A stretch of 64,000 nt of DNA from Eledone cirrhosa. Its lineage: Eukaryota. A model generated the notes under the pieces. That model searched no databases. It worked only from the letters and a program-made list of their open reading frames with translations, and was not told where the DNA came from. The stretch is from contig OZ024742.1 in NCBI GenBank assembly GCA_964016885.1, forward strand, positions 142,538,001-142,602,000, written 5' to 3'. Both the position numbers and the translations under genes were made by a program. Within the stretch, counting starts at the first letter, position 1; every line of letters starts with the position of its first letter. Positions 1 through 12,500 of this stretch are shown piece after piece.

Positions 1-139
1 AAAGTAGCATAAGATGGGAACAATCTGCAGTGAGCAGATAATCTCTGAAAATGATGATACACACACACATATATATATATACACACATCCATGTATATGT
101 GTATACACCAACACACCTATATTCATATATATATATATA

Positions 140-705
140 TCCACCTTAAGCTGGGAAAAAAATTACTTCATGGAGTTCAATTGCTAATTGAAGAAGGCTC
201 CTTGTGCCTCTGCTAGCCTAGTTTGCGTGATGCCCTAATGACTCTCAAAGCAGGGGCCTTTCAACGGCATCTTCATTCTTGAGGTACAACCAGAAGATAG
301 AAGCCATGTCTGGAGGATAGTAAGCCTGACAAATGAGCAAAATGCCTTCAAGAAACCTTGAATCAACTGTGATAAATGAGCCACAACATTTTCATGATGC
401 AGCTGCCAGTTTTGTGAGACCCACAGATCTGGTCTCTTGCACCGAAATGCAGCACAAAGACATCAGTGGACTTTCTGATAGTACTCCTTTGTAACTGCTT
501 CTCTTTCTGGTGCATATTTATGGTGCGCAATGCCTTGGTAATTGAAGAAAACAGTCAGCATCTTGATTTTGCTCTGTACCTGATGAACCTTTTGGTCCTT
601 GGTAACATTGGACAACTAAGCAATTGGTTTCCGGGTCATAACCATACAATCATCTCCAATTATCAAGGTATTCAGGAACTCGGGATCCTTGTTGTCAATA
701 TTGGT
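140..705 (-). pseudogene. Degenerate mariner (DD34D-type) transposase fragment
   Basis: Manual minus-strand translation gives DPEFLNTLIIGD..YGYDPET, SKIKMLTVFFNYQGIAHHKYAP..VTKEYYQKV, KRPDLW..NWQLHHEN..AH and YPPDMA..FWLY..MKMPLKG, with stops and frameshifts. Confidence 0.75.
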
Positions 706-865
706 TGAAATGAAAATAGAACAGCATGCTGGCTGCCTAGTAGGTTCACCAAAAACCACACATGTGCACAAGTATATGCAGCTCTACTCAGCATACTTTT
801 GACTCTCTAATGACATTATTTCCCAAAGGAAAAATAAAGTCCAATACTTTTTCAACTGAATTCAT

Positions 866-2340
866 ATCATCATCATCATCATCGTTTAACGTCCATCTTC
901 CACGCTTGCATGGGTTTGGATGGGAGTTTTCCCACTTGAGGCAAGATTGGTTGTCTTGCTTGTATAGGACTGAAGGCAGGTTTTCTACAGCTGGATGCTC
1001 TTCCTAACACCAACCACGTTTACAGTGTGGACTGGGAGGTTTTTACCGTGTTACCTACACAGCCACATTACAGCGTGGACTGTGTGCTTTTTTTTTTCGT
1101 GACACCTACACTACCTCATTTATTTCGGACTGGATGTTGTGGTACCAACATAACTTTACATCGAAAGGGGTGGTGTGGATGGGTGGGGTGGGGGGACGGG
1201 GGTGTATTTTTGTTAGAGGTGCCTACTGACTGTAGGTTTCGCTTTGTACTTAGGCAAGGCGGGTCTTCTGTAAAAAGATCTCGGTCCAGTGACATTGTCT
1301 TGGAGAGTTGTAAGTGTGTGAGGTCGGAATTTATCGAGTCGTCCCAGGTTTTTCTGGGTCTGCCTACTCCGTGGCTACCGTCTATTTTTAGCACCCTGCA
1401 CTTTTTATACAGTCTTTCATGCGCATCACGTAACCATACCAACGTAGTCTTCTCTCAAGTAAACAACATCTGATTCCTCTTATTCCTAATTTCTCCCTTA
1501 ATTCATTTATGCTTTGCCGTTCACGTATATTACTATTACACATCCAACGGAGCATGCAAGCTTCGTTCCTCTCCAGTCTGCGTATATCCTCTGTGTATAT
1601 CCTCTGCACACAATGCCCAAGTCTCATGTAACATTGCTGTTCGTATGCAGGCATCATACAGTCTGCCTTTCATTTTTAGAGAGAAACCTTTTGCGGCCAA
1701 TAGTGGTATAAGCTCTCTGAACTTTTTCCATCCCGTTCTGGCTCTAGCTACTGTACTTTCAGGGCACCCTCCACCACTGCTGATTTTGTCACCCAAGTAA
1801 CGGAAGGTGTCCACTATTTCTATAGAACCATCTGTGCAATGGAATGAGTTAGTATTCTGTGGTCACTTGCTGCTACTTATTGCACCTGAGCACCGGCCAC
1901 ATATAAAATCTATATTCTTAGTTAGCTTACCTGTGATCCCACTACATCTTTTATGCACCCATACTTTGCATTTGGGACATAAAATGGAGTTTCTGCCTAC
2001 TCCTTTCCTACACACTGAGCATGGCCATTTCCCAGATGGGACCAGTGCCCTATTTTCCTTCCTACAAACTAGAACTTTAGTCTTAGACAGGTTAATTTTA
2101 AGGCCTTTTGATTCTAGGCCATGCTTCCATGTTTGGAATTTCTTCTCTAGTTCAGCCATTGATTCAGCTATGAGCGTTAGATCATCTGCGTATAGAAGTT
2201 CCCATGGGCAGCCGGTCTTGAACTCCTCTGTTATAGCCTGAAGGGCTAGTAGGGGGCTAAGGACGGAGCCCTGATGAACACCAACTTTTACGCTAAACTC
2301 TTCACTATATTCGTTGTTAATTCTAACCTTGCTGATTGTA
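866..2340 (-). mobile_element. 5'-truncated RTE-clade LINE (RT C-terminal half, PHD-like finger, 3' UTR, (ATG)n tail)
   Basis: ORF pieces GVHQGSVLSPLL, LLYADDL, INLSKTKVL, CSVC..C..C..WVHKRC, TFRYLG, LRWYG, GRPRKTW; (TCA)n at 866-883; near-identical copies elsewhere in the window. Confidence 0.92.
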
Positions 2341-3330
2341 TTCATATATATATACACACACACACACGCAACTTTATACATATATACACATACACACATA
2401 TATATATGTGTGTGTGCGTGTGTGTATATATATATATCATCATTTTACGTCCGCTTTATATATATATATATATGTGTCTGTGTGTATATATATACGCATA
2501 CTCCAAACCAACGCTGTCTACAAACACAAGCATATATCGTCTACATAACTACCAAATACATACCACACTAAACATAAACAAAAAAACTAATGTCCTTCAC
2601 AACCATACCCAAAACACTTCCATGCAAAACAACCAATTTACTAATTATTGGTACACTGAATAGATCAGCAGACTAAGGTGATATATATGTATATATCATT
2701 GCCTGAATGTGGAGTTGTAATCACTAAAGAAAGAGCTCTCGATGTATAAACATGGAGGTAAATATAGTATATATAATACTTGGCAAACTAACGTATACAT
2801 TCCTAGGTACATAGAGTTTCCCGAAACAAGGTGATGTTATTGTTGCTTCATTTATCAGTGATTGTGTGTGTGTATATATATATACATAAAAATGTGAAAA
2901 CTCAATGCTAGAACAGCCATTAAAACAGCCAAATACTGTCAAAGACAGCAGTGTACAAAGATGCCTCAGGACAGAGACCAGCAACCTGAAGTTGTCAGAG
3001 AGTTTTGCCCACCACTGTCTTTAACAGCATTTGATGTTTTAACAACTGTACTAGTGTTGAATTTTCACATTTTAATATGAATTCTAATATACTCTCACCT
3101 CATCTCGACAAGCGACATCAAAGTTTATTCATATATATATATATACTGTAAATGTGGTTGGTGTTAGGAAGGGCATCCAGCTGTAAAATACCTGGCCAAA
3201 TTTACAGTCCTCAATGGAGCAAGGTGCGACATGGTCAACTCTGGCCAGACTTGCCTCCCGGCGTGGACAACCCGTCTAACCCATGCAAGTGTGGTAAAAT
3301 GGACATTAAACAGTGATGACAATCTATATA

Positions 3331-4582
3331 TGAGGATCGTTCCAAAAGTAAGGGTACTGATTTTCCTATGTACGACATGGTAACACAGCATCTTTATTTA
3401 TATAGGTGTGTTGGTTATGACCTTGGCTGCACATACATACTTGTTTCAATATGATCAATTATTGAGTCAGTTGTGAGTCATTGCTGTTTATGTAGAGATG
3501 TGTTTATAACCTGTTACGTTTGTAAAATAACGAATAATGGTACGTTGTCAAATTTTGTGTGAAACTCAACAAATCTACCACCAAAACATTTAATTCTTTA
3601 GCTCAAAATTATGGAGATGCCATTTGATCAAAAAGTAAGGTTTTTAAGTAGCACACAGCTTTCAAAGAGGGCCAAGAAAATGTTGAAGATGAATGAACCT
3701 TGTTCTGGAAGGCCAATCTCGTCAACAAATGAACAAAATATGATAGTGGTGCGAGTGGTGATGGCAAAAGATCACCAATGATTGCAGAAGAAACAGGCTT
3801 TGATAAAAATGCAGTTCACAGAACTTTAACAGACCATTTGCATGTGTGAAAAATTTCTGCAAGACTAGTGACCGAACACTTGTCTGAGGAACAAAAAGTG
3901 AACTGGCTGGAAATTTATCAGGATTTACTGGAAAGACTTGAAATTGAGTCAAATTTCTTGGCTAAAATAATAACTGGAGAGGAATCATGGGTGTTCGAGT
4001 AAGATCCAGAGACAAAACGCCAAAGTGAGGAGTGACACACAAAAAATTCTCATCTGAAAAAAGCACACGACCAGATCCTGGGTGAAAACGATCAATTTTT
4101 GACAAGCCTTGGTTTTATACACAAAGAAATTCTGTCTCCAGGACAGACAGTTAATCGCACCTTCTACAAAGATGTCTTGGAACGACTTCGAAAACTGGTC
4201 CAGCAAGTTCGAAAGGACACTGCTGGAGATTAGGTATGACACTGTGGCCTGCCCACACAATACTTTCAATTAGAGAATTTCTGGCAAAGAAAAACATTCC
4301 CATTCTTCCACATCCTCCCTACAGCCCAGATCTAACTCCATGAGATTTCTACCTTTTCCTTGAGTTGAAATCGAAGTTGAAGAATCATCATTTTGGGACT
4401 GTGGAAAACATACAATAAATTGTAACAGATGAGTTAAGGACACTTACAGAAAATGACTTCCGGTACTGCTACAATTAATGGAAAAAAGTTGGACCACTGT
4501 GTGACTTCCTAAGGGTTATATTTTGAAAGAGATAACCTGTCTAATATACATTTAAAGTACCTTACTTTTGGGACAAACCTCG
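3331..4582 (+). mobile_element. Full-length degenerate mariner DNA transposon (~1.25 kb)
   Basis: TIRs tgaggatcgttccaaaagtaagggtact / agtaccttacttttgggacaaacctcg, TA at the left flank; transposase remnants IITGEESWVF..DPETKRQS, GQTVNRTFYKDVLERLR, PHPPYSPDL. Confidence 0.9.
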
Positions 4583-4621
4583 TGTATGTGTGTGTGTGTG
4601 TTTATATATATATATATATAC

Positions 4622-5122
4622 AAAGTAAAAACCTACTACAGTCAGTAGGCATCTCTATCAAAACACACCCCCGTCCCACCACCTCCACCCCATCCACACC
4701 GCCCCTTTCAATGTAAAGTTATGTTGGTCCCACAACATCCAGGCCGAAACAAATGAGATCGTGTAGGTGTCACGACAAAAAAACACAGTCCACGCTGTAA
4801 ATGTGGCCGTGTAGGCAACACGGTAAAAACCTCCCAGTCCCACACTGTAAATGTGGTTGGTGTTAGGAAGGGCATCCAGCTGTAGAAAACCCGCCAGACA
4901 GTCCACGCTGTAATGTGGCCGTGTAGGCAACACGGTAAAAACCTCCCAGCCCCACACTGTAAATGTGGTTGGTGTTAGGAAGGGCATCCAACTGTAGAAA
5001 ACCCGCCAGACAGTCCTATGCGAGCAAGACAACCACTCTTGCCTCAAGTGGGAAAACCCCCGTCCAAACCCATGCAAGTGTGGAACACGGACGCTAAACC
5101 TGATGATGATGATGATGATGAT
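4622..5122 (+). mobile_element. RTE LINE 3' UTR fragment with internal tandem duplication and (ATG)n tail
   Basis: Matches the reverse complement of 866-1250; the block gtccacgctgtaa...ggcatccagctgtagaaaacccgccagaca occurs twice. Confidence 0.85.
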
Positions 5123-5821
5123 ATACACACACACACACAATTCTTTCTTGCAACATTTTTTCTCTTTTAACCACTTCAATATGACCAGTGTGGCATGGCC
5201 TTCAAAGGTTAAGGTCACAGCCATCCTCTTCCAACTAAACTTCAACATAACTCAGAGGTATTCTGTCACTAGTTTCAATTATCCCTTATTTAGCTGGTGT
5301 TTGGAGCATAATTAAACATAATTAAACAAAATGTTCTTACTTAGAATTGTGATGGAAGGTTTTTAAATAATAATGCACTTTAAAATAAACAGCTTTGTAT
5401 CATGAGTAAATAATGAAATACTTAATGATTTTAGTAAGTCCTTTCAATTTCTCCATTTAGAGTGTGTGATATAAATATGGTCATGAAAGGTTTAACACTT
5501 ACCAAAACGCATGAACGCGTTCTGGCCAGATCTAAATCACTTAGTCCACATGACATGCATGGCCTCGCCCAACAGAATTTCACAGCCATCTGTCTTTGTT
5601 AACGAAAACATAGCTGAGTGGTTAAGAAGTTTACTTTGACCCCTCTGTTGGGTAGGCAGAAACTGTGTGGAAGCCCGTCGGACGGATTGAACATGTAACT
5701 CAAAGGTCAAGCCTTGTTACATATTGTGAATTATACTACGAGTACACGTTTGCATCTTAATTCACGAGTTGGACGTTCACTGAATGCTCATCGTCGAAAC
5801 CGAAGGATGATCTATCATTCA

Positions 5822-5960
5822 TAGTTACGTCCCTTTACGATCTGAGTTCAAATCCTGCCGAGGTTGACTTTGCCTTTCATCCTTACGGGGTCGATAAAAT
5901 AAAGTACCAGTAATGCACTGGGTAATTGCTGGCCTTGTGCCTAAAGTAGAAACAATTATT
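5822..5960 (+). mobile_element. SINE with B-box and conserved central domain (gttgactttgcctttcatccttacggggtcgataaaataaagtaccag)
   Basis: B-box gagttcaaatcc. Further copies at ~8765-8905(-), 14452-14620(-), 24670-24815(-), 53385-53530(-), 53540-53730(-), 57200-57372(+). The central domain resembles the Meta/MESC SINE domain (from memory, unverified). Confidence 0.8.
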
Positions 5961-6226
5961 ACCACTGTCTGTCACTTACGCCTACTAGCTATCATGAACT
6001 CTAAAATTTGCTGACGTTATGCCGATCCACTTAAAACATATCTGATGCACTCACATCTAATGTCATCATGTTTTTGTTTCCAATATTTCCTGTAGTAAAC
6101 ACTTTCCAATCCTTCTTCCGAACATCTTTCTTGATATTTTCCCTTGCTAACATTAACAGTAAGTGTTATCTCTAATCAGTTTATAATGAAAAAATATGAA
6201 CACAACAAAGCTTTCGATCGTGTTAA

Positions 6227-6470
6227 CCCTTTCATAAAAATATGTCTAAAATACAGCAATTATGCATTTCATTAAATTTTGAAAATAATCAGAAATTTTG
6301 AGGAGTTTAGTAAAATAACTGACATTTTAATTATCAAGTCAGTTTTGGGAACATACATTCAGAAAGGGTTTTTACAAAAAACTATGATTGATGGTTTTGA
6401 TTTTTTAATTTAGACATTTTAAAACAATGTTTTATATCATAGAACCAGAGGCGGTTTGGTATCAATCGGG
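6227..6470. mobile_element. piggyBac-type MITE (TTAA|CCC...GGG|TTAA)
   Basis: TTAA at 6223-6226 and 6471-6474 flank CCC/GGG termini. Related copies at ~5166-5495, 17289-17547 and 17696-17923 share internal sequence such as catagaaccagrggcggttt. Confidence 0.65.
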
Positions 6471-7788
6471 TTAAATATATCATATACATCAACATTCAAT
6501 AACTAGATTTTTTTTTTAATACATTGATTATTATTAGACATATATTTGGAATTCTTTGCGTGTAAAGTCTGGTAGAAAATAGGATGGCGATATCACATGA
6601 GGAACATATGAGATGGTTTAAGTAGGATAGCGTATAGCGTGAACAAAAACAAAAGCTTGTGAAACCAGAATCTAAAATAACTTATTCCGATACCTCATTA
6701 TACGTTGTTAGGTTTATAATAAAGAAAGAAAAAAAGCAAAAGATACGCACATCTACAGCAATTTGATATGCCATTAGTGATGTTTCAGTTAACCTTTGAC
6801 AATGGAAATGTTTGGTAAAGAAATGTGTGCGTGCGCGCACGCGTGTGTGTAGGGAGAGCAACAGTAATATAGTTTGACTGGCAAAGGAAAATGTCTTAGC
6901 TGGCAACAGGTAGAGAAAGAGGCGAGAGATTGAGTGAATAGTAATAAATATAAAAACAACGATTTTTAAACAAAGCTTTACCGAACAGTTAGTTTACTAA
7001 TAGCTCATAAACAAAACCGAGCGATTAGATCAAACAATATAAAATCATTATTATTATATACATATTAGTATTGTTAATTTTGCTATTATGGAAAATATAA
7101 CAAGTATGCCTGAGTCAATAATACATGAAATGGTTTATGAGCGGTTCGGTTAAAAAGAATGAGAAAGTCGTTAAGTTCAGTAAAAGCAGAGTAAGTTTAC
7201 AAGGAAGAAGTAGTTGGCGGAAATATTGGTCATAATACTTGTCTTAGTACAGTTGTATTTAATGATAACGAGAAAAATGATTAAAACTAAAACAAACCAA
7301 ACAAAAAAAGGGCTTGTCGTAAGAAAACTGGTGAAATGAATCACCTTGATGGAAAACAAATGTAAAACAAACGTGTTAAACTAGTTCAGTGCGATCAGAG
7401 CTGACCTAGGGCTAATCAACAACAACGTGTAACAAAGATAGTTATATATTTCAATCGTATGTATATAACAATAAATGTCCATTTCAAACAGACACATTAG
7501 TTACGAGCTAACGAGGATGTCTATATAATTGCTCGATCTCCCTCAAACTACATTCTTAAATGAAAGATACATAGGACAATGTAAAAGTCTTTAATATACA
7601 AAGATACGTGGTCAAAGTTGGATTACCTTTGATCATATGCCAGCTGGATCATCGCTGAGAGAGGGCTAAACAATAACAGTACATTAGTTGATAAGTGTTT
7701 TTGACTATGCAGTTCGATAATACCCATGTAATTATTCTCTATTAAGATTCACATAACGTGTAAATATGTTTATATATACACATATGTA

Positions 7789-7868
7789 TAGGGTGTCCCC
7801 AAAAACATGTATACACACTTCAACAGCATTCTAATCAAAGTGTGTATATATTTTTGGGTGACACCCTG
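7789..7868. mobile_element. Tc1/mariner-type MITE (80 bp)
   Basis: Palindromic ends tagggtgtcccc..aaaacatgtatacacactt / aagtgtgtatatatttttgggtgacaccctg, flanked by TA on both sides. Confidence 0.7.
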
Positions 7869-9676
7869 TATGTATACATATATATGTGTGTTAAGTATTT
7901 CCGTAGAAAAGGTCAAGGAAAGAAGAGTGCTCTATGTATAGTACAGAGCTAGTTGATTACATAATAAATAACAAACCTTTGGTAATGGAATAATTATATT
8001 GTGTTGTTTATTATGTAAGTGTGTGTGTGTGTGTCGTTTTGGTATTTATTTTGCAAGGAAATCGTACGTATGAAACAGACATTGCTATACATTAGGAGGC
8101 CCATTCTTTACTACAAATCAAAAATACACTGATTCTATTCCATATTGATTTTATTAATCAATTATTTAGATAATTAGTTCATTAATCTGCAATGAAACAA
8201 TCAGTGCGTATGTTTTAGGGGTCTTTTTTATTGACAGTATGACCTCTCAAAGTACTATATATATACACGTTAATGTAAACTTAATGTAGCTATAGCTACT
8301 GTTTGTTTGTTTTTTTAATTAGAAGCCTGCACTGTGAAAATAATTTAATGTGAAATGTAAACCCTGTCAACTATTCTGAACAGAGAAAAACATAGATCTT
8401 CATTATACATTTTGTGTCCTCGTCAAATGATAACACACACACACATATATATAAGTTTCTGCCCTTATATATTATCCCGATCGAAATGAATTAAGCAAGA
8501 AAATGTAGAAGTTTGCAATAGCCTCTCTTTCTTTTGTGAGTTTGTTTGTTTACTTTATTGTTACTTTCTCGGATTTAATTTCCTTAAAGTATATGAAAGA
8601 GGGTGTTGGAATGAAATACATCTATGCTGATATAGAAGTGTCAAAAATATAAATACTGTGTGAAATTGGAACTACACGGTACGGCTTAATTAGGTTTGAT
8701 AGTGAAATGGTGGTGGTGTGTAAAACCTGAAGTACTGTACTTGCACTCGGTTGAAACAATACTACTAATAATTGTTTCTACTTTTGGCACAAGGCCAGCA
8801 ATTATCCCAGTGTATTACTAGTACTTTATTTTATCGACCCCGTAAGGATGAAAGGCGAAGTTAACATCGGCGGGATTTGAACTCAGTCCGTAAAGGGACA
8901 TACGAACTGAGTTCAATGATGATAAATAATTGCGGGGTGACATTTAACAGTCTCTGCTTACACACAGGACAACCGTACTAAAGATTTCGACAAACTACCA
9001 AAGGCAACAATGAGAAATATATAACAATAGATGTAAGAGAAAGTTTAGTGACCATCAGAGCTATATTGTTTGTTGATGTTCACTGATGCATTTCATAAAA
9101 GAAGGAAGCATATCATTTCAAATGAGCAATGTAATAGTCCTTGCGAAAGAAAGCTTCAGTAAAGATGCTACCACAATTTGAGTGTATGTGTATATGTATG
9201 AGTTTTAAGTGCTTGCGTGTACATTTATCCACTACTTTATAAACATGTTTGTAGAACATAAATAATGACAGCAACCACATTTGCACAAGAAGAAAAATAA
9301 CTTTGAACCACCCCAGCAAACTACCAACAAAAAAAAATAAATATAAAGTTCGGCATACATAAAGAACGGTCATAATTGCCCTGAGATATTTAAACTTGTA
9401 TTATTTGGTCTATACGATACTTTACTGTGTCTATTAACAGTTGTAATTCAAGTTGAAAGGGTGTGGTCCTCTAAACGTCCAGGTTTATTTATTTTTTTAT
9501 AAATGCATCACTCATACGGTGATCATAATATATACACACACAAGCGGGGGAAAGAAATACAGGCTATATCCAACGTTTTATAACTAATATATACTTCAAT
9601 TCATTCGAAGGTTTCCAACAGAAATAAATTTGGATCCTTAAAAATGCTTGGAAAACACAAGGGAATAAGATCTTAC

Positions 9677-9712
9677 CCAGAAGTTGTCGACAAACGTAGT
9701 CATTATTGACAT
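9677..9712 (-). CDS. Probable first coding exon of an F-BAR protein, FCHO1/2-like (MSIMTTFVDNFW)
   Basis: ATG TCA ATA ATG ACT ACG TTT GTC GAC AAC TTC TGG followed by the donor gtaaga. Resembles the FCHO2 N-terminus MVMAYFVENFW(GEKN) as recalled. Promoter-like motifs lie just upstream. Exon 2 was not found in the window. Confidence 0.55.
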
Positions 9713-9729
9713 TTCATCCACATTTTACG

Positions 9730-9796
9730 ATAAAATGGCGAGCTGTTCTGCTACAGGCCAATACGCATGTGCACCGAAATCTCGCAAAACTACATG
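9730..9796 (-). promoter_or_regulatory. Housekeeping-type promoter motif cluster
   Basis: YY1-like CGCCATTTT (9732-9740, minus), CCAAT (9758-9762), NRF1-like acgcatgtgca (9763-9773), tctcgcaaaactaca (9780-9794), in non-repetitive DNA. Confidence 0.45.
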
Positions 9797-10620
9797 TGAT
9801 CTCAATTAATTCTTCAAACACGCACCTTACAAGTATTTGAATCTCTTCCTCAGTTCGTGTATTTTTTAAATACTTGTTATTCTTTACGTCATTCGTATTT
9901 AAAAATGTTAAAAGTCATTCATGTAAACCATCCATTCCTTCTGCTCTGTGCAATGAAATTGTTGGTAGCGGCAACAGTAGACGTAGTAGTAATTAGCTTT
10001 TTTTTCTGTCTATAACTGTTTGGATTTACTTTCAACAAACGACCCACCCAAACGATGCACATAAATAATTTCTTAACATCAATTATTCCTGTTGCATTCA
10101 ACTGCACAGTCTGTGTGATATTTATAATGCCTTATGGTATTTTAGCAACTGTAAAATTACACTGCAATAGTTTACAATTATTTTTAATGCAACATAAAAT
10201 CACAGCGATCATATGATGTCAGCTTAGATTTCTCTGCTTTCATAAAAACAAAACAAAAATGACGTTTTACGTGTAAAAATATTTCGTCTGTTTGACTTTA
10301 GTTGTTTTAAGCACAATGAATGGCTTGCGATTGTTTTTATCTATTTTATCTGACAACTATATTTTTCATGAATGCATTACATAATCTTGAATCATTTTTT
10401 TTTTTTTTTTTGGACGAAGCTTAATAAAAAGAGTTAGGACCCCGACGGCTGAGCTCCGGCCGTTTCGACAGCTAGATCCGAACTGTAATGTATTATATAT
10501 ATGTATATATATATATATATATAATACATTTAAAAAAACCAGTGCTCACAGCTGGCTGCAATGTCCTTGGAACATAGGCTTACAACAATCACTACTCGGT
10601 GGTGTGCGTGTGGATGTGTT

Positions 10621-10691
10621 TACACACACACACACACAGGCACACACACACACACACACACAGAGGCACGCACACACACACACACAGACAC

Positions 10692-10751
<60 letters not shown>
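10621..10751. repeat. (CA)n microsatellite
   Basis: Direct reading. Confidence 0.95.
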
Positions 10752-10755
<4 letters not shown>

Positions 10756-11399
10756 AGAGAGAGAGAATAAATAGCAAATGTTTGGCCGCAGTTCAACGAT
10801 GATTGAGATGACATTAAGACGTTCCAACCTGATCGATCCTGTCTTTTTTAGTGGTAACTAAAAATATATTGTCCAGAATGCCCCCCCTTTGCCTCCCGGA
10901 TGGTGGGATGTGATTTGGCTGCTATTTCTACTCGATAGAACAATAATGTAAATGATTTGTTGTTTCAGCCCCATGTCAAACATGATAGAGAAGACCTATG
11001 ACCACCCAGAACAGTCCTTGAGTTTGTGAACTCCCCTGCCTGAAAACACAATAACACATCAAAATTTGACGCACCTCCCCTCCCACAAAATATATTCCTA
11101 GTCATTACCATGCTATTTTGGAGTAGGGGTGGGGAAGTATAAATGACTAGAGTATAAAATAATTTTTTTTAAAATTAAATCTTGTATTTGAACAAAAGTT
11201 ATACAATGATTGAAATATTAGAAAAGGATAAAAAAATTAAGTTATAAAAAAAGAGGAAGGAGTAAAGAAGAGCATATCTGGCTGTATAGAAAAGGCCAAT
11301 AAATGCCATAAATGAGAAGGAAAGAGCAAGGACTATTAGGCAAAAGAAGAAAGAAAGAGAGAAGGGAAGAGGGTGACACTAGACCTAGGTCGGAGCGGT

Positions 11400-11712
11400 G
11401 TTTTAGTTGCACCCCGTGGACAAAATTGCAAAGGCATTTCTGCGACAATGACCAGCTCCAACAGCCACTCCAACTCGCAGGGCTTTTTCCTCAGACAGGC
11501 TGCTGTCATTCTGATTTTACAGAGGAGCTCAGCTGTGTGGGGTCTGAGGACGCCTGAGGTCTTGACGGTGACCAATGCAAAGACGAAGTGACCGAACAAG
11601 CCCCAGTATTTGTTTGTCTTCCTCTCCTCTGCATTGCGGGCCGAAGCAGCTAAGTTGGAGGTGGAGAACGTGTCACAGTATGCCGCCTCCCAAATGAGAG
11701 ATTTACCTTGTA
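11400..11712 (-). pseudogene. Remnant of the C-terminal restriction-like endonuclease of a CRE/NeSL-type non-LTR retrotransposon
   Basis: Minus strand reads GKSLIWEAAYCDTFSTSNLAASARNAEERKTNKYWGLFGHFVFALVTVKTSGVL, matching the WDxTxxDT...AExxKxxKY...FxPxxxETxG pattern. Confidence 0.6.
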
Positions 11713-11833
11713 CAAATGGGAAGAGGATAATTGTCTTCAGACCAAGAATAGAATTAAAAAAACATTTAGAACATCAAAATGTCTATATATATCACCGTTG
11801 CATTTTGTTTAATCAGTATACTAAAAAGGTGCA

Positions 11834-11995
11834 GCAGACATGGCTGTATGGTTAAGAAGTTTGCTTCGCAACCACATGGTTTTGGGTTAAGTTCCACTAT
11901 GTGGTATCTTGGAAAAATACCTTCTACTATAGCCTCAGGTTGACAAATGCTTTGCCAGTAAAATTTATCGACAGAAACTGTGGAAGCCCATCATA
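11834..11995 (+). mobile_element. tRNA-derived SINE (second family)
   Basis: A-box tggctgtatggttaag, degenerate B-box ggttaagttcc; the 3' part cagaaactgtggaagccc is shared with ~5610-5680. Confidence 0.6.
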
Positions 11996-12500
11996 TGTAT
12001 ATTGAGCTTTTTGTATTAATTCCGTCTTAAGTCTGTTGTCTATTTATTTCTAGTTATAATATCTTTATGTATTTATCTGTGTTTTTGTCAAAAGATACCC
12101 TAACCATTGTTTGTTGTTATAGTGTCTCACTTGCATCTTACCAACAAAGTGGTTCTCTAATCTGTTGCACAAATGGGCATTACATGTGCAATACCACCTT
12201 AATGTATGGAGTTGCATGCAAGCAAGTGGCTGATAAGGTAGAGATGCAGCTGTTTGTTAGTCTTATGTAGCTGTTCTGTCTGTGCATTTTCTACTGATAC
12301 AATGTTAAAGTATTGATACATATTAGATGTGTAATGATCATGTTTCTCAATAAAAAAAGCACAATGGACCTTAGTTCAGAGCATCAATTATACGAGTTTA
12401 AAAGATATAGAGAGAGGAAAGGTATATATCTTTTGAGAAACACAGAGCATTTTGTACAGATATATAGAGCAAATAATATGTAGGAAGATATGTAGGAAGA

